A DNA stretch of 64,000 bases. It comes from Camelus dromedarius (lineage: Eukaryota). Position 1 is the stretch's first letter. Each line of letters starts with the position of its first letter. Location of the stretch: positions 372,001 to 436,000 of the forward strand of contig NC_087441.1 of assembly GCF_036321535.1 (NCBI RefSeq), written 5' to 3'. Below, piece after piece: positions 1 to 11,714 of this stretch. Under the pieces are notes generated by a model, which saw only the letters and a program-made list of their open reading frames with translations, was not told where the DNA came from and did no database searches. Made by a program: the position numbers and the translations under genes.

Positions 1-1619
1 CCACACGCCTCTGCAGCGCCGTCTATGGGAGCGGTATCTGAGCAAGGCCCTCCGTTTACAGGGGTCCTCTGCCTGGACACAGATCCCAGCGGCAGAGGGC
101 ACTGTCGGCCAGGACCAACTGTGGCTCCTGCAAGCTGGGGCGTCCGCAGACACAGGAAAGGCACCTTCCCAGGTGTGGTCTCCACACTCATGGATGGGGA
201 CACCGGGCCTGGTCCTCCGTGTGGCCCGTGGTGGCACCAGCCCCCAGGGAGGCCACAGTTTAGGGGCTGGGTCAGCTGCGGGGGGTGCCCCGCAGCCCTC
301 CTCCACAGTCAATGGCAAGACCCTCTCCCGATGGGAGAGGCAGCTCGCAGGACAGCAGATCTGGGAGGACCAGCTGTGACAGAATCTCCTTGGGATTCAC
401 CACAGAGGGTTTCAGATCAAAGGAAAGAGTCTGACAAACCGTGATGTCCCCCTGAGTAAGCGAGGGTGAGGGCAGCAGGGGCGTGAGGAAGATGGGGGCC
501 CAGTCTTCTCAGCAGGGCCCCTGAGCCGCCCTCTTCTCTGGTGGGAGGCCTCCAGAGAGCGCTATCCAAGTGCGTCCAGGGAAGGAGTGCCACCCTGACC
601 TTCCCGTGCATCCACAAGTTCCTGGGTGGGGCCCTGCGGGCCGGAAGGGACCATGCAGGACAGTGTGGGGGGCCCTGCCTGGCCTGCCCTGTGTACTCGG
701 GTTTGGTGGGACCGGAAGGCTGATGACGGTTTGGTGGAAGGAACCAAGTGATGAGGCCTTCGTGGGATGAGGAGGCAGCACAGGGAGAACTGGCTACAGT
801 GCCCTCAGCGTTCTGGCCATGCCCAGGCCACCCATCCTCCTGAGCACTCACAGTGCGGCCCTCGCCCCGCACCGGGCAGCAGGCTTACTGGAGCCCCTCC
901 TCCCCTCGTTCGAGCTTGGGCCCCAGCAGCCCCTTCCCGATGCCTCCGGTGTTCCCAGCAAAACCACTTCTGGGAGGGACAGCACCCAGCCCCATGGCAG
1001 GCCTCAGCCTGGCAGCCGGGGCCGCGAGGCCGCAGGGGTTAACAGGCCATGACTTGGACAAACAGAGACAGCACAGAGGCCGGCGAGGGTATGACGGAGC
1101 CAACAGGCACATTAGCAGCTGCTGGAGGAGGGAGCTCTCCCATCAGCCAGAGGTGACGACACGCAGGTAGTGGCTCAGACAGAAGCGCAGCTGAGTGCAT
1201 GCAGGGTCCTCACCCTGTCGTGACACCTAGAGATGCCACGTCGGCCGGCACTCCACGTGGGCCTCACGGACAGAACTCCTTAGCCAAGGTTCTGGGGGTA
1301 GGCATGGTGCCCTGTCTCACAGTGCAGGAGGGTCCTTGTGGGCACTGATGTTGGCCCAATTCCAGCCAGGCTCCCAGCCCGGCTCTGGATTCACCTGCCC
1401 AGGTCAGGGCCTGTCCACCTGCTCTTCTGTTTAAACCCCCAACAGTCACAGGAAAAAGGGGTCTCTCTGGAAGGGCGGAGGCTTCATGTGGTTTGTTCAT
1501 GGGTGGTCCTGGCTGGAGGTGGCTCTGCTGCCGATTGCAAATGCTCACGTGTTAGAATGTCACAGAGTCACCCCGTAAGGACCCTGGAAACACAGCAGAG
1601 ACAGAAAGTGTCTCAGCTA

Positions 1620-1812
1620 CAAATACACTCACGCATATGCTCACACACACGCAGGCACACCCACCCCCAGACACGTACACAGACACTCAGACACACACGC
1701 AGACACTCTCAGACACAGACACACACAGACACACACACTCACACACTCATACACACCCACCCTCAGACACATAGATGCACTCACACACACAGACACTCAC
1801 ACACACACACAG
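1620..1812. repeat. Degenerate (CA)n / CACAGA low-complexity microsatellite
   Basis: Runs such as 'cagacacagacacacacagacacacacactcacacactcatacacac' are seen directly. Confidence 0.9.
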
Positions 1813-4800
1813 AGAACTAGAAAAGGAAGCAAACGGACCAGGCGTCCCAGGCACAGCGCACGCACACGTGGCCACCGTTCTGGGGAGCGGGTGCGTGGGG
1901 GCCTCTGCAGTCCTCGCCTCCAGGAAGGCCAACACCTGGAGCAGATTTCAGGGCTTGGAGCATCTGAGGCCCCTTGAAGGCCTTGCTGTGTCGGGAGCTG
2001 AGCCCGAGCTCTGGGGCCGCAGGTCCGCCTGCAGGTCTAGGCCGGATCCGGGTGCCGCCCCCCAGCCCCATCCTGGTCTCATCCCGAGACCGCCGCACGT
2101 GGTGGGGACCTTGCGGTCTAAACCCAGTTGTGCTGACGGGTGGACGCCTCTCCCCTGGGCAATCCGGCAAACTCACTGGCTCGCTCCTTCTGCTCCTCAG
2201 GCCTGTGACCCCCTGCCCCCACCAGGGCCAGGCCTCTGACCTGCTCGCAGCTGCAGACCTTCAGGGACCAGCCTGGGCCCAGAGGGCAGGAGACACTCAG
2301 AGTGTCTGGGGGGTGAGCTCTGGGGGCGGCTGCCCTCCTAATGCTGCCGCTCTGTGGCCAGATGGGCAGTGCCCTGTGTTCCCAGAGGGGAGGGGCCCCT
2401 GTAGGTTCTCGCCAGGCCTGTTGACCAGCAAGAAGGAGCCGTGAGGAAGCTGCAGAGAACAGAGTAGACGCTGGAAGACAAATGCCCGGGACGGGCGGAC
2501 GTCAGATGTCCCCAGTGCTGCTTGCTCTGGGGGGCACCACGCGGTCCTTTTGAGCCTCAAGAGCCAGGAGAGGTTGGGGGTGTGGCCAGAGGGCCATCTC
2601 GGCCTGGACCTGCTCGGGCCCCGTCTCCCATGACTTCACTCCGAGCAAACCCTGGATTTTCACAGGTGAGCGTGTGGTTCTGAGCCTGAGTTCTCGGACG
2701 CCTGCTGGGCTGCGTGCTTGAGAAGCCGCCACGTGCTCCTGCGTGTCCTCCAGCCCTGCAGGGGTGCATCCCCGGGGATGGAGGCTGGCCAGGAGGTCCA
2801 CATGCAGCAGTGTCGCTGCGGAACATGGCCTGTCGCGGGCAGAGAAGGGTCGTGGGGCCCATGTGCACCAGGAGGGCTGAGGCTGGGGCTCACTGGTGAC
2901 CCCACAGCCTGGCCTCAGTGAGGAACCCACCACTGTCCCCAAACTGCCCAGCAGAGAGAGGGGCCACGGGTGGGGTCCAGGCCTGTGGCATCGAGAGGCC
3001 CAGGGGCCTGAGGGGTTTGGTCCCAGGGTGGCTGCACTCTGCGAGCTCCATGCCCCCAGCCCGGGCCCCCGGGTGTTTGCTCAGCTGTGGTGGACAGTAA
3101 GGGTGGGACGCTGGGATTACAGGCCCCCAGAGGCCGAGGACAGACCATAAAACATGGCAGGGCACCTCCCCTTTCCCAGGTTCTTCCCTGGGCCTCACAG
3201 TGGCTCTCTGGGGCCTGGCAGGAGAGGATGGACGAGCTGTCTGCCCTGAAGCGGGTTGGGGGTCGAGGGCTGCCCTGCTCAGCCCCCCACTGGGGAGGGG
3301 CTTGAGCAGAAGGAAGATCACTCAAGTCCCCAGGCCCCAGTCCTCAGCCCGCTGTCGTCAGCTGGCAGATTTACGAGGATGGCTGTAGCGAGGGGGAGCC
3401 TCTCTGCCGGAGAGGGACCGGCTGACCGCTCATCCAGGAGGGGCAGGGCCAGCAGCCGGGGGCTGCTCTCGTCCATCCTCTTCACCTAGCCCAATTTTCT
3501 TTCTGGGTCTTTGTCCTGGGGCCCCGTCAGCCCCTCACCCCTGGCCAGGGTCAGCAGGGCCGCCCTGGGGAGCCTCTCCTGCCGTCCCGCAGCCGCTGGC
3601 CAGCCGTCCAGGAAGGCTGTGCTGTTTCTGCCCCATCCGGCCGGGACAGCTCTACGAGTCTTTGGCTGAGTGACCGTCCCCGTCTCCACTGCCCTGGTTT
3701 CCATCTCATGGTCGCCTCTGGCTGGCTCATCCCCCTTCTCAAGTGAGAGCAGCCTTGGCTTTCAGGGGACCCAGCGTCCCCTCCCCTGCCCACCACCAGC
3801 CCATACTGAAGTGCTCCCCGCACGGCTCTGCGCCAGAGGCTGGAGCCGGTGAAGTCGAAAGAACACTGGGTTGGCCGTCTGGTCCTGAAGCCTGGAGGGC
3901 ACAGCGGTTCCGGTGCCCAGACACTCCTGTCGGGCCGTACTGTGGCAGCTCTGCCCACAAGCTCGACCTGCAGACGAGCCTGAGTCTGAGGACGGGGGGC
4001 TGTCGGCATCACCAGCAGAAGTTTCTGCAGTGGAGTGGGGCCAGCAGCACCCACTCTGCAGGGTGTATTCAGAATTGAAGGCACAGTGACAGTGGCTCCA
4101 CTGCTGACAAGGGGAGCTGGGACCACGGCTACCTCGCCGGTTGCTCCTGTCCTGACCCACAGGCTCTTGGCCACCCTCAGGGCCGCCTCCCCCCACCCCT
4201 CCCCCGCCTGATGACAGAGGAAGAAGACTTAGCGGCCTCAGGCGACAGTGGGTTGTGTGCAGCCGAGGGGTCCCGCTGCGCCTCAGGCTGGCCGCACGGG
4301 CAGAGACCATTCTGCCAAGAGCAGGTTGGGAACATTAGTGCAGTTTTGGCAACTTAAACGCTTGTCTTATTTTAAGTAACTTATGCTTCATTTTTTATAT
4401 TATACAAGCAAATAAATTGGCATAAAAAAAGAAAGAAATCCCAAAAGGTTTAAAATGGGAAGTGGGTGCTCCCCACCAGGCATGCCGCCCCAGCCTAGGG
4501 CGTGGGGTCGTGGTGAGTGTGGCCCTGCTGGGACAAGGGCGGCCCCCCTGTGTGCTCCCCACTACGGCCCAGCCGGGACGCTCTGTGCCCCTCCCGCCGG
4601 AGGTGCCTCAGAGTGCTTCCAGCTAGTTCCCCACGCTCCCACATGGCTCTGCGTCCTCTTCCGTGGCTGCTGCAAGGTTCTGGGTTAGGAACCAGCATGT
4701 GGGTCTAAGGGCATCAGCCTCCGGCGCAGGGTTGTCCGACTTCCTCTCTCTGCGGCCATCAGACAGGACAGTCTACTTGTGCTTCGAGCAGAACTCCCGG

Positions 4801-6837
4801 GAGGTTCTGACCTCACGTGCAGTGGCGGGAGGATGCTGTGGGCCAGGGGAGGCAGGAGGGCGGGGTGTAGAGAGTACGATGATGTGTAGACAAATCTCCT
4901 CAAATCTCCAGTTCTGCCCAAAGATGGGGCAGGTCACACCTACCTGCCCTCCATGTCAAGTCTGGACGTCCTTCCTCAGAGCTTGTGGTCCCAGGTCAAG
5001 GCCGCCACCAACCTGGGATGAGACCCCGTCCCCTTGCCTAGTGCTCTGTGCAGTCCTGACTTCATCACTAGCTTGCTCCGTGGCTGTGGATACACCCCAT
5101 GTCTCCTCGGTGGCCTCCTCTGGACGCCAGACGGTAACCATGAAGTCGTGTGTGGTCCTGCGCCCCCGGGAGCTTTGGGGAGTAAAGGTGGGCACGCACC
5201 ACGTCAGCGCACGGCTGCCCTCGAGTGTTGCCGCTGTCACCGCATGTTTTCCAGTCACCCAGGTAACACCCGCCATCCGCTAAAGGAAATCAGCGAACGG
5301 TTCACAGCTCTGAGCCTCAGTCGTAAGACGGCAACAACTGGGCCATCTTGGGTGACACAACAAATGGACTCCCGCCTGGAGCAGCACACACATGCTCGGT
5401 GCCTTGTAGCTTATTATCTTCCAAGGTGCCGAAATCTTCGGATGGAGGGAGATAGAAATGAGGTGCTTTTGTCAGGTTTCAAAACTATCTTCTACTTTGC
5501 TTCGTGTGCCCTGAATCTGGCGTCACAGAGACAAGTGTGGACTGTATGGACTGCTCATGCTGTGCATTTAACCTGCCAGAGACTGAATGTACCTTAATCC
5601 AAAGTGAAGATTAATTAGTGTTTTCACACCAGCTCTAAGAAGCACATGGCAGAGGTCTGCACAAATCTTGATTATTTGTACGGGGTTATCTGCCCCCCGA
5701 CTCCATCTCTTCTGCTGTCGGCCCTCAGACTGGAGGTTACCCGGCAGCAGCTGCAGCCGAGAACTGGGGGTGGGGATGCTTCTCGCTACCTGATCTAAGC
5801 CCAGGTGCCCCCAGGACCAGCCGAGAGTGGGCAGTGGCTTCAGTCCCAGGTAGTAAACCAAACCCGGACACAGGTCTGTCCTCCGCTCCCTCGTTCCCAC
5901 AGCCCCGCAGGGCATATCCTGTTCCTCCAATGCAGGCATCAGAGCCGGAACAGAAAGAGAACTGGCCACACGTGGTCTGGAAATGACAGTGGAAGGCTGC
6001 CTGCCCTGGGCCCCATGTCAGGCTCCCGCAACCGGCTCACATCCGGTGAGGGTATCAGGTCCTGGGTCCAGTCTGTCCGTGTGGCCAGGAGCGAGCTCGG
6101 CCAGACCCTCCACACCTGCCACCGGGCATCCAGCTGTGACCAGGGTGTGGCTGACTGTGGGGCTCCCACTCAGGGAAGGTGTGGGGCGCCAGACCCTCTG
6201 CCCCTTGACTTGCTCAGAGCCAGCCCAGGACACCCTCGGCATGTCCTGTCTCGAGAGACAAGACTTCGTGAACAAAGTCAGCAGACAGAAGGAGGCTCTG
6301 TGTGCCTCAGACCACAGTTCACCTGCCTGGGCTCAGGGGACCGCTGGCCAGTACCTCCAGGGCGGGCTGGGAAGCCTGCGTTTCCCACAGACTCTCATTT
6401 CCACAAGGACACCTTGACTCAGTTGAGCCAGGCTAGAGGGGACAACCCCTAGTTGTGCTGACCACCAAGGAGGAGTGCACATGGAAAACCTGGCCAAGGC
6501 CCCTGGGACCCTGGAGCTCTGCAGACACGCAGAGCATCCGGTGCCTCCCAGCTAGGAGCTCGGTCCCCACCCAGGGACCTAAGCCCCTCCTGGGACATTC
6601 TGTGCTCTGAGTCCAAGGAAATTCGACAGGAAAGCACTCAGGCCCATGAAGGATCTGAAGTGAGAAGCCGTTTCCCCCTGAAGGTACACCGTCCCCTCTG
6701 GTCTTCTCACCTTCTGCACATGAGGGGCTGTGGTGGGGTCTCATTGTGCCTCCTGCTCCCTGCTTGGGCCCGGCGGGTGTCAGAGCAGAAAGCCTCTCTC
6801 CCCCAGGACCCCCGGCCCACGTCCTCCCTCCAGGACG

Positions 6838-6885
6838 CCCCGTGAGCCGGCCTGCGCACCCCCGTGAGCCGGCCTGCGCACCCCC
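6838..6885. repeat. 22-bp perfect tandem duplication (2.2 copies)
   Basis: ccccgtgagccggcctgcgcac at 6838-6859 and 6860-6881, followed by cccc. Confidence 0.95.
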
Positions 6886-7559
6886 AGAGCTCTGGGGGGG
6901 CAAGGATTCGCACTGTCCCCTGAGGGGCAGGGCCCCATGCCACCTCATAAGCTCCTGTGTCACCGCCCGCGAGGCCCTGTGAGCTCAGGGACTGAGGCCG
7001 GGAGAGGCGCTGACTGTGGGAGTCTCAGCGCCAAGTGCTGGTGCGGTGGTGGCTGGCCCCCGTGCGCATCTGAGATGAGCGCCGCTCGAGTGTCCTGGTC
7101 TTTGCAGGTGGGGACACGTGTGCTGGGCCCTGAGGCCAGTGGAGCTGGCTCCGGCCGGAGTCTGTGCCCCGACCACAGTGCACGTCCACTTCCCAAACTC
7201 CTCTGGAGGCCAAGCAAGCTGAGGTCAGCTTTCCTCTCCGTCCCCCGGAGCCCCAACGGAGGCTCCATCCTTGACAGCCACACCCCCAAGGGAAGAGAAG
7301 CCTCCCGCTCTGCCTGGAGTCTCTGCAGTATTAGCTGCACCCAGACTGCTGGAGAGGGAGTCGCGTCGGGGGTCAGCGACACAAAGTCCTCGAGTCGGAC
7401 AACATCCTAGCAGATACTCTGAGAGACTCTTAAAATTAGATCTGTCTTCAGACAGCCACGCAGAGGGCCTCTCCACGGAGGTTTAGAGCAGGAACGACCG
7501 TGTTTGCCTGGCCCGCTGCAGCTTTTCCCCCGAAAGAACCACGTTTCCAGATTGAGGAC

Positions 7560-7590
7560 GGGGCGGGGAGGGGAGGGATGCCCTCCCCTC
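7560..7590 (+). other. G-quadruplex motif overlapping a perfect 10-bp hairpin (also GC box/MAZ-like)
   Basis: GGGG-C-GGGG-A-GGGG-A-GGG at 7560-7577; GAGGGGAGGG-ATG-CCCTCCCCTC at 7568-7590. Confidence 0.75.
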
Positions 7591-7879
7591 TGGGCAGCAG
7601 CTGGGCAGCTTACTCCAGACACTCCAAGGTGTCCAGAACGTCCATCCTGGGGATGAACTGCCAGTACTGGGGAGGAAATCTTAGTTTGTAGACAAACATT
7701 TGGCTATAAGACGTCCATTGCAGTAAGCTTTGTAATAGGGAAAATTTTGAAACAAGAAAAATAAACATTTAAAAAAATCATGGCAAATGGGTCTGATGAG
7801 ATACTGTCGAGTCATCCAGTGTCATAACGAGACCTGAAGACGGCTAGACCCCAGAGCCCGGGGCGGCTGCCTGAGGGCC

Positions 7880-7935
7880 AGCTCCAGCCCCACCACGAAT
7901 CCCGTGTGACCCTGGCTACGGCACAGCCTCTCTGG
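7880..7935 (+). mobile_element. MIR core fragment
   Basis: 'ccagctccagccccaccacgaatcccgtgtgaccctggctacggcacagcctctctggg' resembles the MIR core '...gctgtgtgaccttgggcaagtcacttaacctctctgagcc'. Confidence 0.4.
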
Positions 7936-8154
7936 GCCACCGCAAGGCGGGTGGTGACAGTACCTGGGGGCCGTGAGTGTTCGGCAGACAGAGCCATGGG
8001 GCAGGGCTGGGTGCACAGTGGCCACTGCTGCCGCTGCGTCTCGGAGAGAAGACTCAGCTCACATGTTACACGTGCAGCTCTCCGTTGCTAAAGGTCCCGC
8101 GCTCACTGCATATACACACATGTGGTCGTGTCCACAGATGATGGGAGACGACGG

Positions 8155-8192
8155 GCAGATGGATGGACAGATGGATGGAGAGATGGATGGAT
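8155..8192. repeat. (GATG)n-like microsatellite
   Basis: 'cagatggatggacagatggatggagagatggatggatag'. Confidence 0.85.
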
Positions 8193-9604
8193 AGCCAGAC
8201 ATACAGAAAGGTCTAGAAAGAGCCTTGCAGTCGTCCCTTCTGGGCACGAAGCTTACAGGACTGTTCTTAATTCTCTTCATTATTGATCTGCGTCTTGTTT
8301 TGTTTTTCTGCAAGCAACATGTAGTGCTTTTACAATATTAAAAAGTCAACCAAGGTTGCCGTGAGAAATGCAGACCGTGTCCAGGCTGACTTGTATGCTA
8401 GGACCAGACACTCCCTCCAGGAAACTCCTCTCAGGGTTCCGGAACGTCACTGGTGTGGGTCTCAGAGCTTCCTCTTCCTTCAGCCTGAACCCTGACGTGC
8501 CTGGTGTTTGTCAGCATCTTCAGGTCAGGGTTCCCCCCTCAGTCACTTTAATAGTTTTAAGCAAACTCAGAAAGGTGGTTTTTTCCCTTCTTTTTCTTTT
8601 TGTTCCGGATCGATTCTTTCTTTCCCTCCCTTCCTTTCAACTATGTACCATTTCTTTTAATCATAAAATTGTGATGGGAAAGGGATACACAAGGCATTTT
8701 TTCCCTCTGATCTTGCAGCGGGTGGGGGGATGATAAGTAAACACATGGCCATGATTTCAGGACGGAACTGGTGAATCATGTATTTGTAACAGCAACTTTT
8801 GCAAGATCTCAGATTGGGAATGTCCAGGACTTGCTTCTTGTTTCCCGGTCATCTGTGGAACCGTGTAATTGGGCTTCCCGCTCTCGGAATTCCCTCACTT
8901 CCAGCCACGGTGCAGACCGCGGCCAGATGGAGCGCCGACTTGCCCTCGGGCCCCTGCACTGGGCAACGGCTGGCCCCTAGCACCCCGGAACTTTCCTAAA
9001 ATGACTTAAGTCTCTGTCTGGGGAACCCGTGAGTAGCCGGCCTTCTTTCTGTGGGAACCTGGCACCAAGGCGGGACCCCGGCTGGGTCCCCCATGGCCAG
9101 TAGGGCAGCCCTGCGCTCACCCCTCGGAACTGGTGACAGTGTTTTCCTCCGGCCCCGCGTCCGGGCTCTGGATCTGTCTTCCACATTCTCACCTGTCCTC
9201 ACAGGGTTCCCTCTGCTCGCCCAGCTGCGCTCGCCACCAGTCGCCCTCATTTCCCTCCTCACATTCTGGACTCCAGTCCCCTGGGGACCCAGAGTCCCAT
9301 CCTCAGCAAGAGCCGCCCCGCACCCCCTCCCCAGGGTCTGGAGGGAAATGAGCTGGCTGGACGCTAACTGTTCCCCGAAGGGCTTGTTTAACCTGCGCTT
9401 TCTGCCCTAAGGTTGAGGCTGGATGGTCCTGGCTGAGCTTCAACCACCAGAGTGGCCCAGGAGTCTGCATCTCTCCAGCTCCCGCCCGGGTGAGAGGCCA
9501 CCACGCTCCACGGGAAGAGGCCCTGCTTGTGCATTTGTTCCTGTGTCCACAATGCTCACATCAACCCCAGTTCACTGATGCAACCCACCGCTGTCTAACT
9601 GCAA

Positions 9605-11020
9605 CTTCACCTTGCCTCACTTCATATCACCTCACCTTGCCTCATTCTTACCTCATGTCACCTCATCTCATCCTCACCTCACCTCACTTAACCTCGTCTC
9701 ACCTAACATTACCTCATCCTCACCTCGTCCTCACCTTCACCTACCTCATCTCACCTACCTCATCTCACCTCACCTCATCCTCACCTCACTTCATCTCACC
9801 TCAGCCTCACCTCACCTCATCCTCACCTCATCTCACCTCATCCTCACCTCATCTCACCTCATCCTCACCTCACTTCATCCTCATCCTCACCTCATCCTCA
9901 TCTCATCTCACCTCATCTCACCTCAGCCTCACCTCATCTCACCTCATCCTCACCTCACCTCATCCTCACCTCACCTCATCTCACCTCACCTCATCCTCAC
10001 CTCACCTCATACTCACCTCATCTCACCTCACCTCATCCTCACCTCACCTCATCCTCACCTCACCTCATCCTCACCTCATCTCACCTCACCCTCACCTCAC
10101 CTCACCTCACCCTCACCTCACCTCATCCTCACCTCACTTCATCTCACCTCATCCTCGCCTCACCTCATCCTCACCTCATCTCACCTCAGCCTCACCTCAT
10201 CTCACCTCACCTCATCCTCACCTCATCTCACCTCACCTCATCCTCACCTCACTTCATCCTCACCTCACCTCATCCTCACCTCACTTCATCTCACCTCATC
10301 CTCGCCTGACCTCAACTCATTCTCACCTCACCTCATCCTCACCTCACCTCATCCTCACCTCATCTCACCTCACCTCATCCTCACCTCATCTCACCTCACC
10401 TCATCCTCACCTCACTTCATCCTCACCTCACCTCATCCTCACCTCACTTCATCTCACCTCATCCTCGCCTCACCTCATCCTCACCTCATCTCACCTCAGC
10501 CTCACCTCATCTCACCTCAGCCTCACCTCACCTCACCTCATCCTCACCTCATCTCACCTCAGCCTCACCTCATCTCAACTCATTCTCACCTCACCTCATC
10601 CTCACCTCACCTCATCCTCACCTCACTTCATCTCACCTCATCCTCGCCTCACCTCATCCTCACCTCATCTCACCTCAGCCTCACCTCATCTCAACTCATT
10701 CTCACCTCACCTCATCCTCACCTCACCTCATCCTCACCTCATCTCACCTCACCTCATCCTCACCTCACCTCATCCTCACCTCACTTCATCTCACCTCATC
10801 CTCGCCTCACCTCATCCTCACCTCATCTCACCTCAGCCTCACCTCATCTCAACTCATTCTCACCTCACCTCATCCTCACCTCACCTCACCTCATCCTCAC
10901 CTCATCTCACCTCAGCCTCACCTCACCTCACCTCATCCTCACCTCACCTCATCCTCATCTCACTTCACCTCATCCTCATCCTCATCTCACCTCACCTCAT
11001 CCTCACCTCATCCTCACCCC
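9605..11020. repeat. 1.4-kb pentamer/hexamer satellite (CCTCA/TCTCA/TCCTCA)n, almost G-free on the + strand
   Basis: Read directly. The left ~150 bp is degenerate and the core homogeneous; landmark CCTCGCCT variants have their G at 10157, 10304, 10467, 10646 and 10804. Confidence 0.98.
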
Positions 11021-11355
11021 AAGCTCACACATGAAACCTGCCTTTCTCCCTCACAAGTCCTTTTATGGCCAGTCTTCCTCATTCTCACTCCTTTCTGTTT
11101 CCAGAAATGTAGACTCTTGCCAGGAAACAGGGCAGAAATTAATGCTCATCTTTCCTGAAGATGCCAGACCCTCGTCTCTCTTGTTTTGACTGGCTCAAAG
11201 CCCTTGTGTGTGGGGCTTGGGGCTCCTCCTGCACCGCTGCCATGGCATCCTGACGTTCCTGAGGAGGGGGTGCCTCGGGGTCTGTCCACGTGGAGCCAGC
11301 GCAGCTCTGGGGCTGGAGAAGGTCTGGGCAGCAGGCGGAGTCTCCGGGCTCTAGC

Positions 11356-11714
11356 CGCAGGGGGCTGCACTGCGTCTGCTGGCCCCTAAGCAGGCGCCCT
11401 CTTCCCCGGGACCTTGCCATGTAGCGGTGTCCTGAGACAGTCTTTAAGAAGGTAAGTGGTCACTGGGGGACCCGATCCAGTGTGACAGGAGCCCTGGTGA
11501 GGAGAGGAGACCAGGACACACGTGCTCACGGAGGGACTTCCTCTGAGGACCTGGGCGAGGACGGCCGTCCACACGCCAAGCGGAAAGGCCTCCGAGGGAC
11601 CACCCGGCTGACGACCTGGTCTTGTTCCAGCCTCCAGGACCGTGAAGGGGCCGTTTGTTTTGTTCACGCTCCTGATCTGCGGTATTTGTTTGGAGGCTGG
11701 AGCAGACGGACACA
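11356..11714 (+). mobile_element. MaLR solo LTR (MLT1A-like)
   Basis: Collinear with the recalled MLT1A consensus: 'tctttaagaaggtaagtgg', 'gaggagaggagaccaggacacacg', 'ccagcctccaggaccgtga', 'gcggtatttgtttggaggctggagcagacggacaca'. Confidence 0.75.

Larger units (their letters stand above)
7690..8345 (+). mobile_element. Old LINE-1 3' end fragment (L1ME-type), highly diverged
   Basis: 'gacgtccattgcagtaagctttgtaatagggaaaattttgaaacaa' and the terminal 'gcaacatgtagtgcttttacaatattaaaaa' resemble the recalled L1ME 3' consensus. Confidence 0.55.

Noticed and set aside
9605-11020. Immunoglobulin switch region (TGAGG resembles the TGAGC/TGGGG pentamers)
   Set aside because: Essentially no AGCT hotspots or GGGGT units, and no Ig constant-region exons in the window.
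9490-11189. 514-aa and 525-aa ORFs of LTSPH-like repeats
   Set aside because: Artefact of a G-free strand: TGA and TAG cannot occur and TAA is rare. The listed starts are GTG/TTG, the first in-frame ATG (9655) has a poor Kozak context, and there is no domain. Repeat-associated translation cannot be excluded but has no support here.
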